Shown: piece by piece, positions 8,131 to 18,085 of the stretch
Layout of the letters: every line of letters begins with the position of its first letter
How positions within the stretch are numbered: the stretch's first letter is position 1
From: a virus
Taxonomy: Duplodnaviria; Caudoviricetes
Strand: one strand, 5' to 3'
IMG/VR virus record: IMGVR_UViG_3300028399_000009
Location: 1-53,572 of that record
Length of the DNA stretch: 53,572 bases
The notes under the pieces: model-generated
What the model saw: the letters and a program-made list of their open reading frames with translations, nothing else
What the model was told of the DNA's origin: nothing
Databases searched by the model: none
Position numbers and translations under genes: made by a program

Positions 8131-9423
8131 ATGGATGAAAAACTTGTAAAATTTATAACTATTAACTTGAAAGATGAGGAGAAAAGTGAAAATAAGATAA
8201 GAATAATAGCAAGTGATGAAAGTGTTGACAGGGATGGTGATATTATAAGAGCTAAAGGATGGAAAATTGATAATTACATTAAAAATCCTGTTATGCTCAC
8301 TTCCCACAACTGGAGAGGAGATGTTGTTGCAAAAGTTAATAATGTTTTTATTGATAATGATAAACTTGTTATAGATGGTATTGAGTTTGCTGAAACTGAA
8401 GAGGGTAAAAAATACAAATACCTTGTTGAAAATGGATTTATAAAAACTGTTTCTGTTGGTTTTATGCCTACAAAAGTATTTTTCACAGGTGATAATGAAC
8501 AGATAGAGGAAATGAAAAATCTTGATGAGGAGTGGGTAAATAAAAATACAGAGAAACTTCTAAAAGCAAGAAGGGTGATCTGGGAAGCTGAACTGCTTGA
8601 AGTATCATTTGTTCCTATACCTGCCAATCCTAATGCTATGATTGTTATGGCTCAGAAAGGTCTGGAAACTGCATTTATCAAAAATAGTGATGATGAGCTG
8701 ATAGAAATTGATATTACCCCTTATGCTGAGGCTAAAAATCCTATACCTCCTTCAGTTCATCCCAAAGATATGAAACTTGATGATAAATCTTCATGGGATC
8801 AGGCAAAGGCAAGGCAGTCTCTTGCAAAATGGGCATCAAAAGATGGTAGTGGTGATAAAGATACTATAAACTGGACAAAGTATCGTAAAGGTTTTACGTG
8901 GTATGATGCCAATTCTCCTGAAAATTTTACATCTTATAAACTTCCTACACACTGGATAGATAGTGATGGTAATTTTGTGCTTGTGTGGAGAGGTGTTACT
9001 TCTGCTATGGCAAGTTTTATGGGTGCAAGAGGTGGTTTGAATATACCTGCTGATGATAAGAAAGGAGTATATAATCATCTTGCAAGTGAATACAGAAAGT
9101 TTGGGAAAGAACCTCCACCTTATAAGGAAAGAGGTTATACTTTTGAAGAAGCTCTGAAAACATTTGATCCTGATACCCTTGAAGACTACATTAAACTTTA
9201 TCCTGATGAAGTGATTGAATTTGCTAAAAATAAAATAAATGAGATTGAGAAATTACAGAAAGAAATTAATGATTTAAAAGAGAAACTTGAACCTCCATCC
9301 CCAGAAGAAGGGGATGTAGAAGATAACGGTTCAAGTAAAATTGTATTGACTCATGAAGATCTTAACAAAACTATTTCTCTGGCTGTTGAGCAGTTTTTAA
9401 AAACTTTTAAAGGAGGTAAGTAA
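8131..9423 (+). CDS. HK97-type prohead protease with long C-terminal extension
   Basis: DRDGD, NPVMLTSHN, VSVGF, LLEVSFVPIPANPNA. Confidence 0.92.
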   Translation: MDEKLVKFITINLKDEEKSENKIRIIASDESVDRDGDIIRAKGWKIDNYIKNPVMLTSHNWRGDVVAKVNNVFIDNDKLVIDGIEFAETEEGKKYKYLVENGFIKTVSVGFMPTKVFFTGDNEQIEEMKNLDEEWVNKNTEKLLKARRVIWEAELLEVSFVPIPANPNAMIVMAQKGLETAFIKNSDDELIEIDITPYAEAKNPIPPSVHPKDMKLDDKSSWDQAKARQSLAKWASKDGSGDKDTINWTKYRKGFTWYDANSPENFTSYKLPTHWIDSDGNFVLVWRGVTSAMASFMGARGGLNIPADDKKGVYNHLASEYRKFGKEPPPYKERGYTFEEALKTFDPDTLEDYIKLYPDEVIEFAKNKINEIEKLQKEINDLKEKLEPPSPEEGDVEDNGSSKIVLTHEDLNKTISLAVEQFLKTFKGGK

Positions 9424-9425
9424 AT

Positions 9426-10550
9426 ATGAGTGATACAAAAGTTGAACTTACTAATGAGCAGTTTACTGATCTTATTGCTTCTGCAATTGAAAAGGCTGTC
9501 AGCAATCTTGGTCTGGATAAGGTTGACAGGAAGTTTGGTGTATTTCCTACTGATGAAGATCCTGATGGTAAAAAGATTGAGGAAATGTCTCCCGATGAAA
9601 AAATCCTCAAGTTCTTTCAGGCTGTAATCTTTAAGGATTTTGCTACCCTTACTGAACTAAAGGCTCTTGGAGAAACTACTGCTACTGCTGGTGGTTATCT
9701 TGTTCCTCCTGAATTCAGAGCACAGCTAATTGAGGAACTTCCCAAAATAACTGTTATGAGACAGGTTGCCACTATTATACCTATTAAAGCTCCTTCAGGT
9801 AATCTTCCCAAAGTTACTGCTAAGCCTACTGTTACTATTGGTAGTGAGAATACTCTTATTACTGAAACAAGTGCTACCTTTGGTGAGCTTACTTGGCAAC
9901 TCCAGAGGTTGAATGCTCTGATACCCATGTCCAGAGAACTTGTTGCTGATGCCAAAGTTGATATTGTTTCCCTTATAAGAAGGTGGTTTGCTGAAGCTAT
10001 TGCTCAGAAAGAAGATGAACTGTTTACTAATGGAACTGGCACAGGAGAACCTGAAGGCTTCAGGGTTAATACTGTAAATATTGCCACTATTGCTCTTGGT
10101 GATGCTACTAATGGTGGTGCAACTCCTACTTATGATAATATTGTTGATCTCATAGCCTCTGTTCAACCCCAATACAGGAGAAGGTGTGTATTTATGACCT
10201 CTCCCAAAGGTGAAAGCATCCTCATGAAGATTAAGGATGGACAGGGCAGACCTCTCTTTACTCAGGCTCAGGATGGTGGAATAAGAATACTTGGCTATCC
10301 CCTTGTTGTTAATGCTAATATTCCTGAAAATCTTAATGCTACGGGTGCAGGTAATAATAATGAAACTGAGATATGGTTTGGTGATTTCTCCTATTACTGG
10401 GTATTTGATAAGCAGGAATATGCTGTTGAAACCACTACTGAGGGTTATGGGGCATTTGAGAAGCATCAGGTTGTCATGAAGGTTACCAACTATATTGATG
10501 GTAAGAGGTCTCTGGATCTTCCCTTTGCTGTTATGACAGGTGTAGTGTAA
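9426..10550 (+). CDS. Major capsid protein, HK97 fold
   Basis: GGYLVPPEF, GTGTGEPEG, KIKDGQGRPL, FGDFSYY. Confidence 0.95.
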   Translation: MSDTKVELTNEQFTDLIASAIEKAVSNLGLDKVDRKFGVFPTDEDPDGKKIEEMSPDEKILKFFQAVIFKDFATLTELKALGETTATAGGYLVPPEFRAQLIEELPKITVMRQVATIIPIKAPSGNLPKVTAKPTVTIGSENTLITETSATFGELTWQLQRLNALIPMSRELVADAKVDIVSLIRRWFAEAIAQKEDELFTNGTGTGEPEGFRVNTVNIATIALGDATNGGATPTYDNIVDLIASVQPQYRRRCVFMTSPKGESILMKIKDGQGRPLFTQAQDGGIRILGYPLVVNANIPENLNATGAGNNNETEIWFGDFSYYWVFDKQEYAVETTTEGYGAFEKHQVVMKVTNYIDGKRSLDLPFAVMTGVV

Positions 10551-10600
10551 TATGTTAGATACCATATCTGCACCTCCTTTCTCCCCTCTCCTCCCATTTG

Positions 10601-10630
10601 AGGGAGGGGTTCTTCCCCTCCCTGCTTTTT
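10601..10630 (+). terminator. Intrinsic terminator after the capsid gene
   Basis: 9-bp stem AGGGAGGGG / CCCCTCCCT, loop TTCTT, tail GCTTTTT. Confidence 0.75.
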
Positions 10631-10648
10631 ACAAACAGGAGGTAAGTT

Positions 10649-10828
10649 ATGCCTAAAATGAAAAAAGAGAAGACTAAGGATCTTAAAAAGGCTGTTGTTG
10701 TCATTAAAAGAGCACCTGTTATTGTTGATGGTAGAAAATACAATCCTGATGATATTATAACTGATCTTCCTTTAGATGTTATGAAAAGGTTGGTAAATGA
10801 GGGTATCTGTAAATGGCAGGAAAGTTAG
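10649..10828 (+). CDS. 59-aa head-associated hypothetical protein (not in ORF track)
   Basis: SD AGGAGGT; MPKMKKEKTKDL...VDGRKYNPDDII; typical post-capsid position. Confidence 0.7.
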   Translation: MPKMKKEKTKDLKKAVVVIKRAPVIVDGRKYNPDDIITDLPLDVMKRLVNEGICKWQES

Positions 10829-11412
10829 TGGATTTACAATCTGCAAAAGAGTTTGTGGGTATAACAACTAACAGTTATGATGTCCTTATTGATTTTCTTC
10901 TCAAATCTATATCATCAACAATAATAAGGTTTATGGGTGTTAAAAATCTTGAATATGGCAGTATAACAGACATTTTTTATCCTACTTATGGTGAGTATAA
11001 AACAGTATTTATGCTGAGTAAATATCCTGTTGATCTTTCACAGCCTTTTACAGTTTATAAAACAGGTTTTGATGAAACTGTTAAAACTGAGGTTGATAAT
11101 ACAAAATACTATGTTATTGCAGATCAGGGAACATTAATATTCTCCTCCCCTGATGACATAATAACAAGTAAAATGATAGAGGTTAATTATACAGCAGGTT
11201 ATAAACTTGATAGTAATAATGTTTATATTGATATCCCTGATGGTTTAAGATTTGCCTGTTTGTTATGGTTTTCTACAATATGGAATACAAGAGAACTGAG
11301 AGGGGTTGAAAGGGTTGATAATGCTGTAAGACAGTCCATTCAGATGACCACACAAACTATCCCTGAAGATGTGAAGCAAATTGTTTTTCAGTATCAGAGG
11401 AATAGTTTTTAA
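10813..11412 (+). CDS. Head-tail connector (adaptor) protein
   Basis: LVDLQSAKEFV start, VNYTAGY, IPDGLRFAC; position. Confidence 0.8.
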   Translation: MAGKLVDLQSAKEFVGITTNSYDVLIDFLLKSISSTIIRFMGVKNLEYGSITDIFYPTYGEYKTVFMLSKYPVDLSQPFTVYKTGFDETVKTEVDNTKYYVIADQGTLIFSSPDDIITSKMIEVNYTAGYKLDSNNVYIDIPDGLRFACLLWFSTIWNTRELRGVERVDNAVRQSIQMTTQTIPEDVKQIVFQYQRNSF

Positions 11413-11414
11413 TC

Positions 11415-11981
11415 ATGGCTGTATTAAAACCTTTTATTTACTGGAAAGTCGGAGGGAAAATAAAAAAATTACAGGATTTTATATATTTTTACAGATGGAA
11501 ATTTCCTGAAGAGGTAAATAAAACATTTGTTCTGAAAATGTATAGTTTAACCAATTTTGCCTATAAGAATATGAGGGAATTATGGAGTGGACAGTTACTT
11601 GATATTAGAACAGGAAGAATAATAGGTAGTCTTGATTACAGAGCTAAAAGATGGCTTAGAAAAGAGGGTAAAGTATTTGAGGGAAAAATTATCAGCAGAA
11701 AAGAGGATTTCAGAAGTATGAAGAAATACAGATTTTATTATCCCCTAACCCATGAAGCATTAAACAGACCATACACTATTATCAGACCTAAAAAGGCTAA
11801 ATATCTTGCCATACCTCCATATCCTAAAAAGGGTTATATGACATGGATCAGGGTGAAAAAGGTCAGAATACCTAAAAGACCTGCATTTACAATCACAGCA
11901 GAGAGAATCAGGAGAGAAAAAATACCAAAACTGATAAAAGATTTTAGAGAAGATATTAATAAAATATTTAATAGAGGGTAA
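11415..11981 (+). CDS. Neck / tail-completion protein
   Basis: Basic; RTGRI, IRPKKAKYLAIP, IPKRPAF; position. Confidence 0.6.
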   Translation: MAVLKPFIYWKVGGKIKKLQDFIYFYRWKFPEEVNKTFVLKMYSLTNFAYKNMRELWSGQLLDIRTGRIIGSLDYRAKRWLRKEGKVFEGKIISRKEDFRSMKKYRFYYPLTHEALNRPYTIIRPKKAKYLAIPPYPKKGYMTWIRVKKVRIPKRPAFTITAERIRREKIPKLIKDFREDINKIFNRG

Positions 11982-11983
11982 AA

Positions 11984-12439
11984 ATGGCGACAGTGAGAGA
12001 ATTGATTTTACAAGATATTAACAGCAAGCTGAAAAGTGAAAGCTGGGTTGGTGATGTGTATAGAGGAATGATCAATTTTGATGATGCTGTATCTGGGAAG
12101 TATAATTATCCTTTAATTTGTTTTTATCAGGGTGATGAGATTGTTATTGAGGGTGCTTATAAGGAGATTAAGAATGAATTAACTATTGTATTTGAGATTT
12201 TTGATAAGACCTCTGAAGATAACAGTTATGTTGATGTTAGAGCAAATACATTAATTGGTTATTTTGTTGATTTCATATACAATAATGCCAGATGGAGTGG
12301 TAATGCTTTGAATACAACAGTCAAAAAGAATGTTATAGGCTATAAGGAGGGTAGTGAGAAGTTTTTTGTTATAGTTTTTGAGGTTGTAGTGGAATACTCT
12401 TATGTCAGAGGTCAATCAGATGTTAAATATGGAGGATAA
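11984..12439 (+). CDS. Tail terminator-like protein
   Basis: RELILQDI, YPLIC, C-terminal beta strand; upstream of tail tube. Confidence 0.6.
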   Translation: MATVRELILQDINSKLKSESWVGDVYRGMINFDDAVSGKYNYPLICFYQGDEIVIEGAYKEIKNELTIVFEIFDKTSEDNSYVDVRANTLIGYFVDFIYNNARWSGNALNTTVKKNVIGYKEGSEKFFVIVFEVVVEYSYVRGQSDVKYGG

Positions 12440-12668
12440 GAGCTTTTTTCAGCAGGTATTGGCAGGTGTGAAGGAATATATAGGACTTGCAATTGGATTT
12501 ATTGTTCTTATTCTTAAATGGCAACATCATAGAATAAATAAAATGGAAGATAAATTTGTCTCTAAAGATGCTTTTAATGAGTTTAAAAAAGGCTTATTTT
12601 ACAGACTGGATAAACTTGAGGAAAATCTAAAGGAAGATATAAGAGAAATAAAAAATAAATTAAAATAA
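12429..12668 (+). CDS. Single-TM plus coiled-coil small protein
   Basis: YIGLAIGFIVLIL followed by heptad repeats; ATG 12429 preferred. Confidence 0.55.
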   Translation: MEDKSFFQQVLAGVKEYIGLAIGFIVLILKWQHHRINKMEDKFVSKDAFNEFKKGLFYRLDKLEENLKEDIREIKNKLK

Positions 12669-12700
12669 CTTATTATATTATTAATTAAGGAGGGTGTGAA

Positions 12701-13018
12701 ATGGGATTGAGTGTTAAAAGAAGACCTCATAAAGAAAGTATTACTGTGAATGTTCCTATATCCACAACTCAGGATATCATACTGAGTTTTACTAAACCCA
12801 TGCTCATTAAAAGTTTAAATATTACCCTTGGTGCCAATACTGTATTGAATTCCCTTTCTGTTGATGGTATTCCTGTTGATCCTGCTACTTCTATTGATTT
12901 TCCTGCTGTCTATGGTGAAACAATTTATGGTAAATATGTTGTAGCTAATGTAACTAATAATAATACCACAGCAGGGGAAGATACAACAATTGAAGTAAAA
13001 GGTATTATTTTGGAATAA
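12701..13018 (+). CDS. Beta-rich virion protein, function unknown
   Basis: Strong SD; structural module. Confidence 0.6.
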   Translation: MGLSVKRRPHKESITVNVPISTTQDIILSFTKPMLIKSLNITLGANTVLNSLSVDGIPVDPATSIDFPAVYGETIYGKYVVANVTNNNTTAGEDTTIEVKGIILE

Positions 13019-13042
13019 ATTAATTAAAAGGAGGTTAGTTGA

Positions 13043-13999
13043 ATGGCAAGAGGTAGTGAAGGTAGGCTTTTAATAGGAGAAGAAACAACTTGGGGAACAC
13101 AAGCAACATCTTTTCAAATTCTATATTTTGTTAGAGAGGGTCTTCAAGGTGAAATAGAGAATATTGTTGATGAAACTATATCCTCAAGAAGAGCTATGGA
13201 GACTCCAAGGGGAGGAAGAATTACTGCTGGTGGTGGTATTGATGTAAACCTCTCTAATGTTGGTGCACACTGCACTCTTATTAAACATGCTCTTGGTAAT
13301 GTAACAACTACTCAGGAACTTGATGCAGGTGGTAATCCTACGGGATTCTATATACATGAGATAACAGGTGCAGATAGTCTTCCAGCAGGTTTAACTATTG
13401 AGAAGGGTTTTACTGATACGGGTATTTATTTTGTTTACACAGGTGGAAAAATTAACAGTATGACTATTGAATGCACAAATGATGGACTTGTTACAGGAAG
13501 TTTTGATGTAATGGCTAAAGATGAACAATCTTCTAATACTTCTGTTTCTGCTACTCCCACTGATAATGGTCATAGAGCTTTTGTCTATTGGGAAGGTGAA
13601 ATACAGATTGATGGTGCTGTTGCAGGTAAAATATCATCTTATTCTATAACTGTTGATAACCAATTGTCTGATGAATTCTTTATTGGGGATAGATATAGGG
13701 GAATTATAGTTGAGGGTAGAAGGCAGGTAACAGGTTCACTTCAGGCATACTTTGAAGATCTGACTCTTTATAATAAGTTCAGGAATGAAACTGCTTTATC
13801 TCTGCTTCTGAGAATAACCTATGATGCTGATAATTATATAGAGATTTATACCCCTAATGTTAAACTGACAGGTAGGGGTTCTCCTGTTATTGATAGTGCA
13901 GGTGTTGTTTATCAAAATTTTGACTGGCAGGCTTTTTATGATACAACTCTTGGTAGTGATGTTAAAATAACCATTAAGAATACTCTTTCTGCTGTATAA
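13043..13999 (+). CDS. Major tail tube protein
   Basis: GEETTWGT, LTIEKGF, GRRQVTGSL..YFED; followed by chaperones and tape measure; no sheath gene. Confidence 0.88.
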   Translation: MARGSEGRLLIGEETTWGTQATSFQILYFVREGLQGEIENIVDETISSRRAMETPRGGRITAGGGIDVNLSNVGAHCTLIKHALGNVTTTQELDAGGNPTGFYIHEITGADSLPAGLTIEKGFTDTGIYFVYTGGKINSMTIECTNDGLVTGSFDVMAKDEQSSNTSVSATPTDNGHRAFVYWEGEIQIDGAVAGKISSYSITVDNQLSDEFFIGDRYRGIIVEGRRQVTGSLQAYFEDLTLYNKFRNETALSLLLRITYDADNYIEIYTPNVKLTGRGSPVIDSAGVVYQNFDWQAFYDTTLGSDVKITIKNTLSAV

Positions 14000-14018
14000 T
14001 ATTATCTGGAGGTGCATA

Positions 14019-14498
14019 ATGAGGTTATCAGAACTGAGCTTCAGACCAAAGTATGAAAAGATTAATGTCTATGGTGAATTCCATATTGAGATGGAAAGGA
14101 TCACAAAGCCTGAACTTGAGGAAATTATGAGGAAAAACACCATAACCAAGGGTAATGAAGTGGAACAAAGGGTAAAACAGTTAAGGATAAAGGTGGGTGG
14201 AAGAGATACTGTTATAAAAATTAGTGGTATTGCTGTTGATCTTGCTAAAAAGGTTAAGGGATGGGAAGGTCTAACGGGTGAAGTTCTTAAAAATATTATG
14301 CCTGATCTTGATTTTGGAGATATAAAAGATGATGAGGAAATAGAGTATAATCCTGATGATGTAATTCTTTTACTTGCCTTTGGTGTTGTTCCCAGAGAGG
14401 ATGGACAGGTTATACCCTTTGATGCCTTTTTACTTAATAAAGCCAATACCCTTGCAGAAAAACTTGAGGAGGAAGTGATAGATTTTGAAAAAAAGTAA
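14019..14498 (+). CDS. Tail assembly chaperone (gpG-like)
   Basis: Between tube and tape measure; ends in a slippery site. Confidence 0.8.
   Translation: MRLSELSFRPKYEKINVYGEFHIEMERITKPELEEIMRKNTITKGNEVEQRVKQLRIKVGGRDTVIKISGIAVDLAKKVKGWEGLTGEVLKNIMPDLDFGDIKDDEEIEYNPDDVILLLAFGVVPREDGQVIPFDAFLLNKANTLAEKLEEEVIDFEKK
14489..14495 (+). other. Programmed -1 ribosomal frameshift site A AAA AAG
   Basis: GAA AAA AAG TAA; the -1 frame runs open into ORF 14519..14881. Confidence 0.85.
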
Positions 14499-14518
14499 AG
14501 GAATGGTTTAAAAAATAT

Positions 14519-14881
14519 TTGGAGTTAATAGAGTATATTAGTGCAATAAGACAACAAGCTGAAAAGGAAGGAAAGAGTGTTAACAGGGTTTTAACTGAAA
14601 GAATTGGTATAGACCTGCCTTATAATGTATTCTTTTATGTTGATATATTTAATCAGGTTATAACTCAGGTTAATGCTGTTGAGGGTGGAATATGGGGAAT
14701 AAATTATAATGCTTTGAATTATGTTTTTAATTTATATAAACTTGATGATTACCATAAGTATATAACCTTCAGGATAATAAGGGTTATGGAAGAGGTTTAT
14801 ATAAATTATGTAAATAATAAAATTCAGGATAAAATAAATAAAGAGAGGATTAAATTTAATAATAGATATGGCAGAAGCTAA
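14519..14881 (+). CDS. Tail assembly chaperone frameshift extension (gpGT C-terminal part)
   Basis: In the -1 frame relative to gpG; WGINYNAL...RVMEE motif; weak TTG start. Confidence 0.8.
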   Translation: MELIEYISAIRQQAEKEGKSVNRVLTERIGIDLPYNVFFYVDIFNQVITQVNAVEGGIWGINYNALNYVFNLYKLDDYHKYITFRIIRVMEEVYINYVNNKIQDKINKERIKFNNRYGRS

Positions 14882-17800
14882 ACAAACTTTAGGAATCATA
14901 ATAAGAGGTGAAGTAAAAGGTATAAGACAGGCATCACAGCAGATATCAGCATTAGGAAGACAGATAGTAGATCTTGGTAAAAAAATAAACATACTTGCAA
15001 GATCCAGCAGTAGAATTAATGAACTAACAAAAAATATACAGAGAACAACATCATCAATTGAGGGTTTAAGAAGAAGGTTAAACTTACTTGCAAGAACAAA
15101 CAGAAGAGTTGTAAGAAGAATGCAGACATTAGAAAGGTCTTTTATTAGTCTTGAAAATAGAATGAATAAATTTGTTTCATCTTCAAAAAATTTAAAAATT
15201 TTTGCAAATAATATCAATAATGTTAACAGAAAATTAAATAATATGAGTAATGTAACGGAGAGAGCAGTAAGATCTAATAATAAACTGAAAGACAGTCAGA
15301 ATAAAACAACTAACAAACTGAGAGAATTTATAAGAGAACAAGAGAAAATGGAACTATCATTTGGCAGATTGTTCAGGATTGTATTCTTATATGTTCTTGC
15401 ATTTGAGGCTTTACATAAAGTAATAACATTAACAACAAGTGCAATTGAGACTATGATAGGTTATAACAAACAGATGGAAGATCTTACACTTGGCATTGCA
15501 ACCGTTCTCACCATGATAGGAGAAATCAGAGTAGGTGGAGAGGTTTTACAGGGTGTAGAAAAATTTAATACAGCATTAAAAATATCAGCTAATCTTATGG
15601 AGGATATCAGAGAAAAGAGTTTACAGGCATTTGTTCCTATGGAAACAGTTGCTCAAGTATTTCAGGCTATTGTTGGATTTGGTTTACAGGCAGGAGCATC
15701 ATTAAAGGATATGGTTGATCTCTCTATTAAATTTGCTATGGCTGTTCAGGCTTTACAACTACCTATGAATCAGGTTGTTCAGGAAGCAAGGGATTTACTT
15801 CAGGGTGGTATTCAACCTGCATCTTCAACTCTTGCTGTTATACTCGGTATAAATGATAGTTTAATTAAGAAGTGGAAAGAACAGGGTATATTAGTAGATG
15901 AATTAAAAAAGAGATTAAAAGATCTTGAAGGTGTTATGTCTGCCAAATTTGAAACTCTAAGTGGTAAAATATTTGCATTATCATATACACTAAGAAGAGC
16001 TTTTGGGGAGGGAGGATCAGCATTCTTTCTCACAGTTAAACTTATACTTGATGATATAATCCAGCAGTTATTTAATGTAGAAGAAATAGTAGATAGACTT
16101 GGAAATAAATTCTACAAAATAACACCTAAAAAAGAAACTGTTAATACCATAAAGAAAATGGGTGATTATCTTGCTGATGCTGTTATTAGTGCATATTCCT
16201 TTATAAAAACTCTTATAATTTGGTCTCGTCAAAATGAAGAATTTGTTAATTTAATGATAAAAATAATTACCATGTGGATAAAATTCAAAGTTATTTTATT
16301 TGTTGTAAAAACTATTCTGTTTAAAATTTATGATACAGGAAAAAAGATTGCTCTTCTTTATGCAATTATAAAATCACCTATGGGCAAACTCTTTATTTTT
16401 ATGAGAAAAGAACTTTTAAAACTATTTATTCTTTTACAATTTCTATTCCCAAAAATGTTTGATCGCTTAATTGCTGTTATGAAAATTGTTGCTGTGAATT
16501 GGGAAAAATTATTTAAGTTTCTGGGTAGGAGAGGTTTTGTTCTTCTTGCCATTATGGTAGGTTTATCAGGTGCTATTATAGGTGTATTCAGATGGATGGT
16601 TGATAAGCTAAAAACTATATTCTCTGACTTCTTTGAAGGGTGGTTAACAAATAAACTTAAGGCATGGAGAGATAAAATACAACAATCAGGTATTGTTGGT
16701 AAAGATAAACTTGTTGGCATACTTGATTGGTTAATTGGAAGTGTTAGTGAACCTCCTCCCAAACAAAAAACTTTTCTTGATTACATAATTGAGGGATATG
16801 AAGACAGCATAGGTAAAATAGGTAATCTTATAGATATGTTAGAAGAAAAAGCTAAAAAATTATTAAAAATATCATTTTCTCAGTTTAAAGGTGATTTTGG
16901 TAAAATGTGGGAAGATATAGAAAAGGAAATAAGAGAAAAACTACAAATAACTAAAGGAAAGGATGAAGATGTTGATGCTATTGTTGAATATAAAAATCAG
17001 GTTAAAGATCTTGATGAGGAAATTAACAATCTGAAAAAAGATCTTGTTGAAGTTCCAGAATTAATGTTAAAGTTTGCAAGTGGTAATATCTATATAGAAG
17101 AACAGATAGCACTGTGGGAGGATTATAAGCAGGCATTACAGAGCTGGCTGGAGACAGGACAATATACTGAGGATCAGTTAATTACAATAATAAGGGAAAT
17201 TGTTAATGCTAATGATAAGATAAGACAGCTTAATCAGGATTTAATAAGGAGGGATACATCATTTTTTATAAAACAAACAAGAGCAAGGGTTACTGATGTT
17301 CAGATACAGGAAAGAAGAGGACAGATTACACCTTTTGAAAGTTTGAGACAGCAGATAAACCTTTATTCTCAACTAAGAGATAGATTAATACAAATGCAGT
17401 CAACTGTTAAATCAGGATCAACTGAATGGATACTGTTAGAACAGAGGATAGCAGAAGTTAATGAAAAACTTGCTGAGGCTGAACAAAACATGATTAAGTT
17501 TACTGGCACTTTCTCTGAAGGATTTATCCAAGGTATGAAAAATCAAGTATGGGAAGTTATAAGTCTGTATAATCTTGGTGCTCAGTTTGCTCAACAATTA
17601 CTACAGGGTTTATATTCATTCTATTCTCAATTAATAGATGGAATATTAATGAGAAAAATCAGGAAATTTAAAGATGTGCTGGAAATTCTAAGAAATGTTA
17701 TAGCAAGAGTGGTAACAAGCATACTTGCTCAATTACTGACAATTATGACCATAAGAGCTGTTGCAGGTGCTATGGGTTATCCTTTACCTGTTTTCACTCT

Positions 17801-18083
17801 TGCTAAAGGTGGTATAGTAAAAGGTGGTCTGCAAACATTCCAGACAGGTGGAGTAGTAACAGAACCAACATTAGCATTAATAGGAGAAGGTAGAGATAAT
17901 GAGGCTGTTGTTCCTCTGCCTGATGGAAGACATATACCTGTTATGTTTACTAATGCTCAGGGTCAACAGGGTGAACAGGAAATAAATATTATTAATGTTC
18001 TGGATGAGAGTCTTATTGAACAATATTTGACAAGCAGGAAAGGTAGAAAGATAATAAGAAATGTAGTTGGTAGAGGAGGTTAA
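14868..18083 (+). CDS. Tape measure protein
   Basis: 1071 aa, helical, with hydrophobic segments; C-terminal LAKGG..GGVV..PTLALIGEG..EAVVPL. Confidence 0.93.
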   Translation: MAEAKQTLGIIIRGEVKGIRQASQQISALGRQIVDLGKKINILARSSSRINELTKNIQRTTSSIEGLRRRLNLLARTNRRVVRRMQTLERSFISLENRMNKFVSSSKNLKIFANNINNVNRKLNNMSNVTERAVRSNNKLKDSQNKTTNKLREFIREQEKMELSFGRLFRIVFLYVLAFEALHKVITLTTSAIETMIGYNKQMEDLTLGIATVLTMIGEIRVGGEVLQGVEKFNTALKISANLMEDIREKSLQAFVPMETVAQVFQAIVGFGLQAGASLKDMVDLSIKFAMAVQALQLPMNQVVQEARDLLQGGIQPASSTLAVILGINDSLIKKWKEQGILVDELKKRLKDLEGVMSAKFETLSGKIFALSYTLRRAFGEGGSAFFLTVKLILDDIIQQLFNVEEIVDRLGNKFYKITPKKETVNTIKKMGDYLADAVISAYSFIKTLIIWSRQNEEFVNLMIKIITMWIKFKVILFVVKTILFKIYDTGKKIALLYAIIKSPMGKLFIFMRKELLKLFILLQFLFPKMFDRLIAVMKIVAVNWEKLFKFLGRRGFVLLAIMVGLSGAIIGVFRWMVDKLKTIFSDFFEGWLTNKLKAWRDKIQQSGIVGKDKLVGILDWLIGSVSEPPPKQKTFLDYIIEGYEDSIGKIGNLIDMLEEKAKKLLKISFSQFKGDFGKMWEDIEKEIREKLQITKGKDEDVDAIVEYKNQVKDLDEEINNLKKDLVEVPELMLKFASGNIYIEEQIALWEDYKQALQSWLETGQYTEDQLITIIREIVNANDKIRQLNQDLIRRDTSFFIKQTRARVTDVQIQERRGQITPFESLRQQINLYSQLRDRLIQMQSTVKSGSTEWILLEQRIAEVNEKLAEAEQNMIKFTGTFSEGFIQGMKNQVWEVISLYNLGAQFAQQLLQGLYSFYSQLIDGILMRKIRKFKDVLEILRNVIARVVTSILAQLLTIMTIRAVAGAMGYPLPVFTLAKGGIVKGGLQTFQTGGVVTEPTLALIGEGRDNEAVVPLPDGRHIPVMFTNAQGQQGEQEINIINVLDESLIEQYLTSRKGRKIIRNVVGRGG

Positions 18084-18085
18084 TA

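Noticed and set aside
14069-16762. Antisense ORFs 14069..14446, 14732..15217, 15812..16033 and 16358..16762
   Set aside because: Shadows of well-supported + genes, with no RBS noticed and biased composition; the same applies to most short opposite-strand ORFs in the track.
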